From the NCBI GenBank assembly GCA_950097015.1, contig CATNEN010000007.1:3534001-3598000 (forward strand): 64,000 nt of DNA, given 5' to 3'. A program made the position numbers and the translations under genes. The DNA comes from Macrostomum hystrix. Its lineage: Eukaryota; Animalia; Platyhelminthes. Shown piece after piece: positions 39,201 through 47,742 of the stretch; within the stretch, counting starts at the first letter, position 1, and the number at the start of each line of letters is the position of its first letter. The notes beneath the pieces are model-generated. The model did no database searches. It was given only the letters and a program-made list of their open reading frames with translations, and was not told the origin of the DNA.

Positions 39201-42200
39201 TCCGAGTAAGTGTAGCCGATGGCCGCTTTGGCTTCGCTAAAATTAAATAAAACATGTCTGAGATATAATAAATATCATTGAAGACAGGGGCAAAATTATT
39301 ACAAACAATAACCTTTTCTTGGCTTTCTCAGCTTCTTCCTTCTTCGAGTCGTCGAGGCCGAATTTTTCTTCCATTTCAATTTGTCGCAAAGCGGCCAGCT
39401 CCGATACTAGATAAATTTAAAGAAATTATAGGAATAAATTTAATTTACATATCCCTCACAGCCTACTGAGCAGCACGCTGAGTAGTACGCTGAAGATATT
39501 GCATCATTTTTTAACTAATGACAAAAAGACTACAATGACATACGAGAATTAACAAGTGCAATTCAGAGAACAAGGAAAGCCCTAACTTAAGTAAGTTTTG
39601 TAGGACAGCAAAATTCACTTACGAGAAGCATGGTCATTTTGAACAAGCACTCTGTACCTCTCATAGTTGCAGCAGCGTTCCTCATTGCGCTCGTCGCGAG
39701 TTAAACTAAAATAGAATTGTATGGAAATTCGGCTGCTTCGTGTCTACTAGAGACAATTAACAAAAAAATGCGATAAACAATCCCAAATGGGCAAGTAAAA
39801 TTTAGAGGAATTGAGAACGTTACTAATCTGAGGATCTTTGATTCTGGGAAGATTGGAAACCCGGCGGTTATTAGAGATTAGAAACACAAACATGTGAAAA
39901 GGATTAGAAACCAAAGGACTAGATAAGTTTAGGAACATGAGGATCTGGGAAGATTAGGAATCTGGGAAGATTTGGAGCATGAAGATCCGCAGAGATTACG
40001 AAAAACAGGATCTGCGACGATTAGGAACATGAGGATCTGAGAAGATCAGAACCATGAGGTTCTGGAAAGATTATGAACATGAGGATCTGGGAAGATTACG
40101 AAAATATGGATCAGGGAAGATTAGGCACATGAGGATCAGGGAAGATTTTGAACATGAGGATCTATGAAGATTTTGAACATGAGGATCACAGAAGATTAGG
40201 AACACGAGGATCTGGGAAGATCAGGAACATGAGGATCTGGGAAGATTAGGGACACGAGGATCTGGGAAGATCAGGAACACGAGGATCTGGGAAGATCAGG
40301 AACATGAGGATCTGGGAAGATTAGGGACACGAGGATCTGGGAAGATCAGGAACATGAGGATCTGGGAAGATTAGGGACATGAGGATCTATGAAGATCAGG
40401 AACATGAGGATCACGGAAGATCAGGAACGTGAGGATCTGGAAAGATTAGGGACATTGGGATCAGGGAAGATCAGGAACATGAGGATATGGGAAGATTAGG
40501 GACATGAGGATCACGGAAGATCAGGAACGTGAGGATCTGGAAAGATTAGGGACATTGGGATCAGGAAAGATCAGGAACATGAGGATATGGGAAGATTAGG
40601 GACATGAGGATCTATGAAGATCAGGAACATGAGGATCACGGAAGATCAGGAACGTGAGGATCTGGAAAGATTAGGGACATTGGGATCAGGAAAGATCAGG
40701 AACATGAGGATATGGGAAGATTAGGGACATGAGGATCTATGAAGATCAGGAACATAAGAATCTGAGAAGATCAGGAACACGAGGATATGGGAAGATTAGG
40801 GACATGAGGATCTATGAAGATCAGGAACATAAGAATCTGAGAAGATCAGGAACACGAGGATATGGGAAGATTAGGGACATGAGGATGCTGCGATTATTAA
40901 GAATACTAGGATCCTGCAAGGCAATAAACACCGCCAGAAAGATGCGAACAATGCTCACCGTCTCTTCTTAGCCAGTCTCTTGGCTCCGGAGCTCGTGTCG
41001 GCCGTAGCGTCCAAATTGGCCCGCACATCAAATCGGTCAATGAGCACCTCCGGATTGCCCTGCCATTTCAGCCTGGAGTGTGCAGGTGTACAGAGTGAGA
41101 ATGGCAGAGAAAAAAATATCGCAGGTGATAATTAGTTCGCTAGAACAATCCGTGTTGAGTGCCCCCGGACGAAAGCATTTGCCTCCAAACTTGTTTCTAG
41201 TCTCATTTCAGAAGCTGGGCTGCAGGCAGCACAGTGCCAGCGGCAAGCTGGAAAGCCTCTCTTACATTGTCTGCGGGTTTTCGGCCGCGTGGAACACATC
41301 CGAGTCGCAGTGGATGCGCGCCTGCCGGCCTGTCAGCCGCATAAACTTGATCGGATCCTGTTTCTGCGGGCGGCAGAAAAGAGATTTATCAATCATTAGC
41401 TGTGTGATCTATCAACCATTAGCTGTGTGATCTATCAACCATTAGCTGTGTGATCTATCAACCATTAGCTGTGTGATCTATCAACAGTTAGCTGTGTGAT
41501 CTATCAACCATTAGCTGTGTGATCTATCAACAGTTAGCTGTGTGATCTATCAACCATTAGCTGTGTGATCTATCAACCATTAGCTGTGTGATCTATCAAT
41601 CATTAGCTGTATGATCTATCAAGCATTAGCTGTGTGATCTATCAACCATTAGCTGTGTGATCTATCAACAGTTAGCTGTGTGATCTATCAACCATTAGCT
41701 GTGTGATCTATCAACCATTAGCTGTGTGATCTATCAACCATTAGCTGTATGATCTATCAAGCATTAGCTGTGTGATCTATCAAGCATTAGCTGTGTGATC
41801 TATCAACCATTAGCTGTATGATCTATCAAGCATTAGCTGTGTGATCTATCAACCATTAGCTGTGTGATCCATCAACAGTTAGCTGTGTGATCTATCAACC
41901 ATTAGCTGTGTGATCTATCAACCATTAGCTGTGTGATCCATCAACAGTTAGCTGTGTGATCTATCAACCATTAGCTGTGTGATCTATCAACCATTAGCTG
42001 TGTGATCTATCAACCATTAGCTGTGTGATCTATCAACCATTAGCTGTGTGATCTATAAACAATTAGCTGTGTGATCTATCAACCATTAGCTGTGTGATCT
42101 ATTAACCATTAGCTGTGTGATCTATTAACCATTAGCTGTGTGATCTATCAACCACTAGCTGTGTGATCTATCAACCATTAGCTGTGTGATCTATCAACCA

Positions 42201-43795
42201 TTAGCTGTGTGATCCATCAACAGTTAGCTGTGTGATCTATCAACCATTAGCTGCATGATCTATCAAGCATTAGCTGTGTGATCTATCAACCATTAGCTGT
42301 GTGATCTATTAACCATTAGCTGTGTGATCTATTAACCATTAGCTGTGTGATCTATCAACCATTAGCTGTGTGATCTATCAACCATTAGCTGTGTGATCTA
42401 TCAACCATTAGTTGTGTGATCCATCAACAGTTAGCTGTGTGATCCATCAACAGTTAGCTGTGTGATCTATCAACCATCAGCTGTGTGATCTATCAACCAT
42501 TAGCTGTGTGATCTATCAACCATTAGCTGTGTGATCCATCAACAGTTAGCTGTGTGATCTATCAACCATTAGCTGTGTGATCTATCAACCATTAGCTGTG
42601 TGATCCATCAACCATTAGCTGTGTGATCTATCAACCATTAGCTGTGTGATCCATCAACAGTTAGCTGTGTGATCTATCAACCATTAGCTGTGTGATCTAT
42701 CAACCATTAGCTGTGTGATCCATCAACAGTTAGCTGTGTGATCCATCAACAGTTAGCTGTGTGATCTATCAACCATTAGCTGTGTGATCTATCAACCATT
42801 AGCTGTGTGATCTATCAACCATTAGCTGTGTGATCCATCAACAGTTAGCTGTGTGATCTATCAACCATTAGCTGTGTGATCTATCAACCATTAGCTGTGT
42901 GATCCATCAACCATTAGCTGTGTGATCTATCAACCATTAGCTGTGTGATCCATCAACAGTTAGCTGTGTGATCTATCAACCATTAGCTGTGTGATCCATC
43001 AACAGTTAGCTGTGTGATCTATCAACCATTAGCTGTGTGATCCATCAACAGTTAGCTGTGTGATCTATCAACCATTAGCTGTGTGATCCATCAACAGTTA
43101 GCTGTGTGATCCATCAACCATTAGCTGTGTGATCCATCAACAGTTAGCTGTGTGATCTATCAACCATTAGCTGTGTGATCTATCAACCATTAGCTGTGTG
43201 ATCCATCAACAGTTAGCTGTGTGATCTATCAACCATTAGGTGTGTGATCTATCAACCATTAGCTGTGTGATCTATCAACCATTAGCTGTGTGATCTATCA
43301 ACCATTAGCTGTGTGATCCATCAACCATTAGCTGTGTGATCTATCAACCATTAGCTGTGTGATCCATCAACAGTTAGCTGTGTGATCTATCAACCATTAG
43401 CTGTGTGATCCATCAACAGTTAGCTGTGTGATCTATCAACCATTAGCTGTGTGATCCATCAACAGTTAGCTGTGTGATCTATCAACCATTAGCTGTGTGA
43501 TCTATCAACCATTAGCTGTTTAATAAAATAGGCTAAAGCCAGCCCCACCCCCAAGCGGGTGAAAGGCCGACGCCATGTACATTTAGACCATTCAGACAAG
43601 ACTTGCCAACGCACAGCACGTGCCACGCAGGAACCCCACACTATCAACAGTTGATTGATAAACCATGACTCGTATCAGTGCGATCCAACAACTCACAATT
43701 CTCTCATAGTACTCTCTTCTGCGCTGGGCCCGCTTGCGATAATCGACCATGGAGGTTCGAATCTGCTTCTCTTGTCGCCTGGCCTCGACCCACAT
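16065..43795 (-). CDS. CLASRP: CLASRP/SFRS16 (SWAP-related, DRY_EERY-domain SR-rich splicing regulator), 12 coding exons, about 850 aa
   Basis: Manual model complement(join 43697-43795, 41266-41363, 40959-41072, 39623-39705, 39313-39406, 39118-39236, 32587-32762, 31385-31461, 27977-28822, 20851-20890, 17919-18018, 16065-16771) = 2553 nt, all GT-AG with consistent phases. Motifs MWVEARRQEK..VDYRKRAQRRREYYE, WQG..IDRFDVRA, CNYERY..VQND, AIGYTY, YGM...DF, GKKSRRERR, LTPQQ and ADK follow the order of human CLASRP from memory. Confidence 0.9.
17919..18018 (-). CDS. CLASRP: CLASRP exon 11
   Basis: PLSAAATKPSAAAKSLTPQQLLQQRLSVAISKT; acceptor ttttttccag, donor GTGAGT. Confidence 0.82.
18110..20646. 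repeat. 22-bp minisatellite, about 115 copies (CLASRP intron 10)
   Basis: CTGGGTGTGACTGCTGAGGTGT. Confidence 0.97.
20851..20890 (-). CDS. CLASRP: CLASRP exon 10 (40-nt small exon)
   Basis: (R)SNPLERSGGIGLK; acceptor cattacag, donor GTAAGC. Supplies the phase 2 to phase 0 shift needed between exons 9 and 11. Confidence 0.62.
21105..22290. repeat. 34-bp minisatellite, about 35 copies
   Basis: CAGCAGATTATGACCCCATGACCAGCTATCCTAC alternating with a ..ACTAACTAT.. variant. Confidence 0.96.
22950..23280. repeat. Degenerate GGGAT-rich 26-30-bp array
   Basis: TTATTGGGATCATTTTGGTAATGGGA-type units. Confidence 0.8.
24478..24795. repeat. 42-bp minisatellite, about 7-8 copies
   Basis: AACCTGAAATCCCAGATCCCAAATCCCAAAACGAAGCAATCT. 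Confidence 0.93.
25538..26060. repeat. About 23-bp minisatellite
   Basis: AAATCCCAGTTTTCAACTCTTTT. Confidence 0.9.
27585..27805. repeat. 35-bp minisatellite, about 6 copies
   Basis: AAAGGAACGATGACCAACTAAAATGACCAGTTCGG. Confidence 0.9.
27977..28822 (-). CDS. CLASRP: CLASRP exon 9 (RS/Ser-rich region)
   Basis: Open frame with SSSS and RSRSRSRS tracts. The acceptor cacag at 28823 was chosen because it is the only nearby AG in the required phase; a TACTAAC branch site lies at 28861-28867. Donor GTTCGT. Confidence 0.75.
28925..29220. repeat. Degenerate AT-rich array
   Basis: Recurrent AGTAACGA core with variable A-rich linkers. Confidence 0.7.
29985..30285. repeat. 24-bp minisatellite
   Basis: GCTGCGATTCTAGATAAGGCTCTT. 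Confidence 0.93.
30948..31316. repeat. 42-bp minisatellite, about 9 copies
   Basis: TAGTTTCACAGATCTGGGATTCTAACACAGCTAACGGGAATC. Confidence 0.95.
31385..31461 (-). CDS. CLASRP: CLASRP exon 8
   Basis: GKKSRRERRMFKEQRLKQRSQLRPL; acceptor ttaacag, donor GTGAGG. Confidence 0.85.
32012..32578. repeat. About 15-bp monomer array with 91-bp higher-order unit
   Basis: TATCCCTGACA(AC)AGCA monomers; GCATTATCCTTACAG recurs at 32021, 32112, 32203 and 32294. Confidence 0.88.
32587..32762 (-). CDS. CLASRP: CLASRP exon 7
   Basis: DVDIEPEKLTPEQV...KYGMEKSDFLKLLRLDKELEESERLAKAEEEERAQMS; donor GTGAGT. Confidence 0.88.
32795..33062 (-). mobile_element. tRNA-derived SINE, diverged copy of the same family, lacking the tail
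   Basis: Reverse complement aligns by eye with 50872-51140: TAGCCCATTGG A-box, GAGTTCGAACCC B-box, GTCCTTGAG, CAGTTCAACCAGCTGTG, CCCCAGTCCACGGACTGAA, CGCAATAGCTGC. Confidence 0.72.
39118..39236 (-). CDS. CLASRP: CLASRP exon 6
   Basis: EAKAAIGYTYSDS...DISDEDI; donor GTAAG. Confidence 0.85.
39313..39406 (-). CDS. CLASRP: CLASRP exon 5
   Basis: (L)SELAALRQIEMEEKFGLDDSKKEEAEKAKK; phases fit the neighbouring exons; weak donor GTTATT. Confidence 0.75.
39623..39705 (-). CDS. CLASRP: CLASRP exon 4
   Basis: LTRDERNEERCCNYERYRVLVQNDHAS; acceptor ttttag, donor GTAAG. Confidence 0.88.
39930..40890. repeat. 25-bp minisatellite (CLASRP intron 3)
   Basis: GAGGATCTGGGAAGATTAGGGACAT and variants, with 100/125-bp higher-order blocks. 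Confidence 0.92.
40959..41072 (-). CDS. CLASRP: CLASRP exon 3
   Basis: (M)LKWQGNPEVLIDRFDVRANLD...; acceptor ctccag, donor GTGAGC. Confidence 0.88.
41266..41363 (-). CDS. CLASRP: CLASRP exon 2
   Basis: KQDPIKFMRLTGRQARIHCDSDVFHAAENPQT; acceptor cccgcag, donor GTAAG. Confidence 0.85.
41388..43519. repeat. 23-bp minisatellite, about 93 copies (CLASRP intron 1); contains the left duplication breakpoint
   Basis: TCAACCATTAGCTGTGTGATCTA; the last 11 units recur at 53447-53692. Confidence 0.97.
43697..43795 (-). CDS. CLASRP: CLASRP coding exon 1
   Basis: MWVEARRQEKQIRTSMVDYRKRAQRRREYYERI, donor GTGAGT, phase 0. Confidence 0.9.
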
Positions 43796-44019
43796 GGTCA
43801 GGGGCTGCTTAGAATTGATAAGTTGAAAACTTTTTATGCGGTGCAAAAGTTATTAGGTTAGATTAGGGTTTGCAGATGCTGAATAGAATAGCCAATGACA
43901 ACTGAAACGAAATGCAATGCACAATTGGATTATCTTTGTTTGTACCAGATCCAACGAGTAGACAAGTGACATGGAAGAACTCACTCAGGGAGGGAAAAAA
44001 CTTATTTAGACTGGGGAAA

Positions 44020-44185
44020 AACTCATTAAGGCAGGGTAAGAACTCATTCAGACAGGGGAAGAACTCATTCAGGTAGGGGACGAACTCATTCAGGTAGGGG
44101 AAGAACTCATTCAGACAGGGGAAGAACTCATTCATGTAGGGGAAGAACTCATTCAGGCAGGGGAAGAGCATACTTAGGGGAAGAG
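44020..44185. repeat. 21-bp minisatellite (copy at 54193-54358)
   Basis: GGGGAAGAACTCATTCAGACA. Confidence 0.88.
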
Positions 44186-45180
44186 CTCGTTGATAAAAGC
44201 ACAGTTAAAAAAGCAAATAAAACTAGCTGTTCAAATCCCATAGGTCAAGCATTATGCGGCTTTAACTAGTTTATTAATTTCTGTGTTTCATAGCTGCTTC
44301 TGCAGCAATCGTTGACAAACAGTCCAATTTCGGCGCACATAAAGCATCTATTGAGATGATTCATAATAAAAGTACAAAACACGAGTTCATTACAAGATCC
44401 AAATTTGAAACGCTTATGAATTATATAGAATGAATAAGAATAACTTCTGTGAATTATAGAATTTTTTCTGGCATATTTTTTACAAAGCTTGGATCGATCA
44501 AACAACAGCAAAAATAGGATAAACACTGTTTCAAATACCCAGAACTCATCAATGCTTTCAGTACCGGGTCTGGTGAGAAATAAAATCACATTTAAATTGA
44601 CAAAAAAGAAATGAGATAAACAGACAAAGTATTAGGACAAACAGAAGACAGGCCCCTTTCTCACCGTGTCACGCGCTTCTAAAGTGTTAGATAAAAAACT
44701 TGCCGATATGTTTCGAAAAAGTAAAATCAATCTACAGTACTTATTGATCAGACCGAATGGCAGATAGACAGACAGTGAGCGACAGGCAGAGAAGATGCAG
44801 AGCATCTAAAGGCAGTAAAAAGAGAGGCGAGAAAGACAACGAATCGGTGATTGGGCAGTCATGACAGATTGCATGGCAGCTGCAGAAATGAGAACAACAG
44901 ATCAAACACCAACGTGGGATGTGAAGCAAATGAGCAAATAGTCTTATGGAACTTTCAAATAAAAATTACAAATCAAATATTTAAGGAATCAGACAAGCAA
45001 CTGAAAAGTTCTCACAGTGCTAAATAAGAAGCCGCTTTTATTGTAGCAAAACATAAACATGAGCTTAGCAAAGAAAAAACATACAATTATGGACAAAAAA
45101 ACTATTTGATTCAAGTATCGTGGAAAAATTGTACCATTCCTCAAGTATAACAATTAGATATATTACAATCCCCACGCCTC

Positions 45181-45642
45181 AATATCCCCATATCCTCAAT
45201 ATCCCCATTCCTAACTGACGTCAGGGATCAATATCCCATTCCTAACTGACGTCAGGGATCAATATCCCATTCCTAACTGACGTCAGGGATCATTATTCCC
45301 ATTCCTAATCTGACCGTCAGGGATCAATATCCCCATTCCTAATCTGACCGTCAGGGATCAATATCCCATTCCTAACTGACGTCAGGGATCAATATCCCAT
45401 TCCTAACTGACGTCAGGGATCAATATCCCATTCCTAACTGACGTCAGGGATCAATATCCCAATTCCTAACTGACCGTCAGGAATCAATATCCCCATTCCT
45501 AATCTGACCGTCAGGGATCAATATCCCCATTCCTAATCTGACCGTCAGGGATCAATATCCCATTCCTAACTGACGTCAGGGATCAATATCCCATTCCTAA
45601 CTGACGTCAGGGATCAATATCCCCATTCCTAATCTGACCGTC
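45181..45642. repeat. 31-34-bp minisatellite carrying TGACGTCA (copy at 55354-55815)
   Basis: CATTCCTAACTGACGTCAGGGATCAATATCC. Confidence 0.92.
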
Positions 45643-45825
45643 GGGTTTTTTTTCCCGAATTCTTCATAGAAACCGTATAGGATTAAACTATTTGATATTT
45701 CTCAATTTGTTATCGGGTGATCTCACTTACCATTCCTCAGCGTGGTCGTTAGTTGCAAGAATTGCCACTTATAATGAAAAAGAATGAATTTTAGCCTTTG
45801 AAAAGGTTCAGGAACAGCTTCAAAC

Positions 45826-47742
45826 CTAATGCTTCTTGTTTCCAGGCGAGGCACCGGAGAAACTGTTTAACTCCAGAGTGCGGTACAGGGCGCCCATGTC
45901 GAGGCGAAATGTGGCCCAAGTGTCGGATCTGAACCGCGCAGCACCAGCCGGCTGATCAGCCTGCTTCAGGCCAGCAGAGCCATTGGCATTGGCAGCTGCT
46001 TTAGAAGCGCCCGGCCTCACATAATCCGGATAGATCTGAAACGGCAGGCCCAGCCTAGTGGCTTCCATGGCCAATTGGTTCAGCTCGTCAAAGCTCAGAG
46101 AGTTGGGATCTGACACCGTGAGCATGCCCGACTCTGTGGCCACCAGCTTGTGAGACGCAATCATCGTCGGCTCGTTCGTCGAAGCGGTGCCATCAGACGC
46201 TGAGGAAGCGGCGGGTCGACCTTGACCTTGAGGATTTTGACCGCCGCCTCCACCACGCTTCTGCCGATTGCGTTGCTTTCCACCTCCGCCTGAGTTCTCC
46301 TTATTGCTGTTGCTAGGCGTCGGGACGCTTGACGGTGCAGCGGCGGCGGCCGACGCGGCTGCAACAGCGGCAGCAGCCGCCGCAGCGGCCGCTGAATCTC
46401 CGGCAGTTGGCCTAGAACTCTTGCGCTGCTGCTGAGAGCGCCGATGCTGCTGTTGCTGTTGCTGTGGCGTTAAAGCTGGTGGGCCGGCGGCCGATCCCGG
46501 ATGTTGCATCATCAGTGGCGGGGGCTGCTGCTGCTGTTGCTGAGCCAAGGAGGCATTGTCTGACATGCGCAGAGCGGCCACCCTTGACATGCCACTCTGA
46601 CGCACAAGGGCCGCCCACCTTCGCAACTGGGCAACAAAGGGAATGACTAGAAAAAAGTCCTTGGATTTCAAGGCAATGCGCCTGGCGCAGTCCTCGTCGC
46701 TGCGGCTAGTGGGCAGGTCGGCCAGGCGGAACCACATGATGGCTTCGATTTCGTTTCGAGTCTCCGGCCGGAATGCGAAGTCCATGGGCACATCCGGGAC
46801 CAGGTAAAGCCTGGACAAGGCCGAGCCGACTACGCGCTCGATGTACAACTCGGGATCAATCTTGGGCCCGATGTCGTAGCCGGTCTCCTCTTGTACTTCG
46901 CGCACTGCCGCCTGCGGAAAGAACTTGGCCTTGGCCTCGCGATCGTTGATTTTGCCGCGCGGAAACATCCAGCCGGGAGTGAAGCCCTTAACCAAAACCA
47001 CCTGGACGGAAAATGTGCGACTGTATAGTGGGATCATCAAACAAAAATTATTCTAGCTGCTGATACTGTAAAACCTTAGTGACCACTTTGAACTATGTCC
47101 TAACAATGCCTTCGTCCTTTTCTTATCAGCGATTTCTTACAATTCAGTAACCTCTTATCCTATTTTCCACGTTGCTAAGCCATGTGTTCTCTCTGCTTCG
47201 CCCCTTTCTCCCCACTTCTATTCCCCGGTCTCCCCAAACCCCTTCCTGTCTCCCCATTCTTCCCTTCCCAATCGCTTAATTCTTCTTTTCTTTATCTCTC
47301 ATTTCTTCCCATCCTAATCTCCTAATGCTTTCCAATCCCACTAAAAGCCAGTGGGATCACACACCTGGTCCAGATCGGAATTCATCAACGCAGCGCCGCA
47401 GGTTGGCGTCTCGGCTTTGGTGCGCCGCCATTCGTCATAATGAGTCTGCCAGGTCTGACTGTAGTTGGCCAGCTTGCCGCAGTGGCGAAACACTTGCGCC
47501 GAAAACTGGTACATCTTCAGTGGCTGCAATTTGTTCTCGGCAACCAGATTGTCCAGGTAGAACCAATAGGCGTGCTCGATCTCATAGAATAGTTTTACAG
47601 CATTTGTAAAATAGTGACCGGGCAGGTTCACAATGAACCGGCTGCACAGGTCATCCAAAACCAGAACAGGAATCGCTGGTCCAGCCTCGTCAGTAAAGCC
47701 AGCATCCAGGCCAATGCCTGATGATGAAGAAGCTAACTGAGA
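45826..47742 (-). CDS. DCP2: mRNA decapping enzyme DCP2 (Box A + Nudix), copy 1; start codon not found
   Basis: Exons 47365-47742 (IPVLVLDDLCSRFIVNLP...EHAYWFYLD...PTCGAALMNSDLDQ) and 45826-47001 (VVLVKG..GWMFPRGK...REVQEETGYDI...RLY...ETRNEIEAIMWF); phase-0 GT-AG intron; low-complexity C-terminal tail. Confidence 0.92.

Noticed and set aside
40240-40880. Interstitial telomeric repeat
   Set aside because: TTAGGG occurs only singly within a 25-bp unit, never in tandem.
43592-43846. 84-aa ORF as a stand-alone protein (also 53765-54019)
   Set aside because: Only the 33 codons from ATG 43795 are exonic; the rest is upstream sequence and intron read-through.
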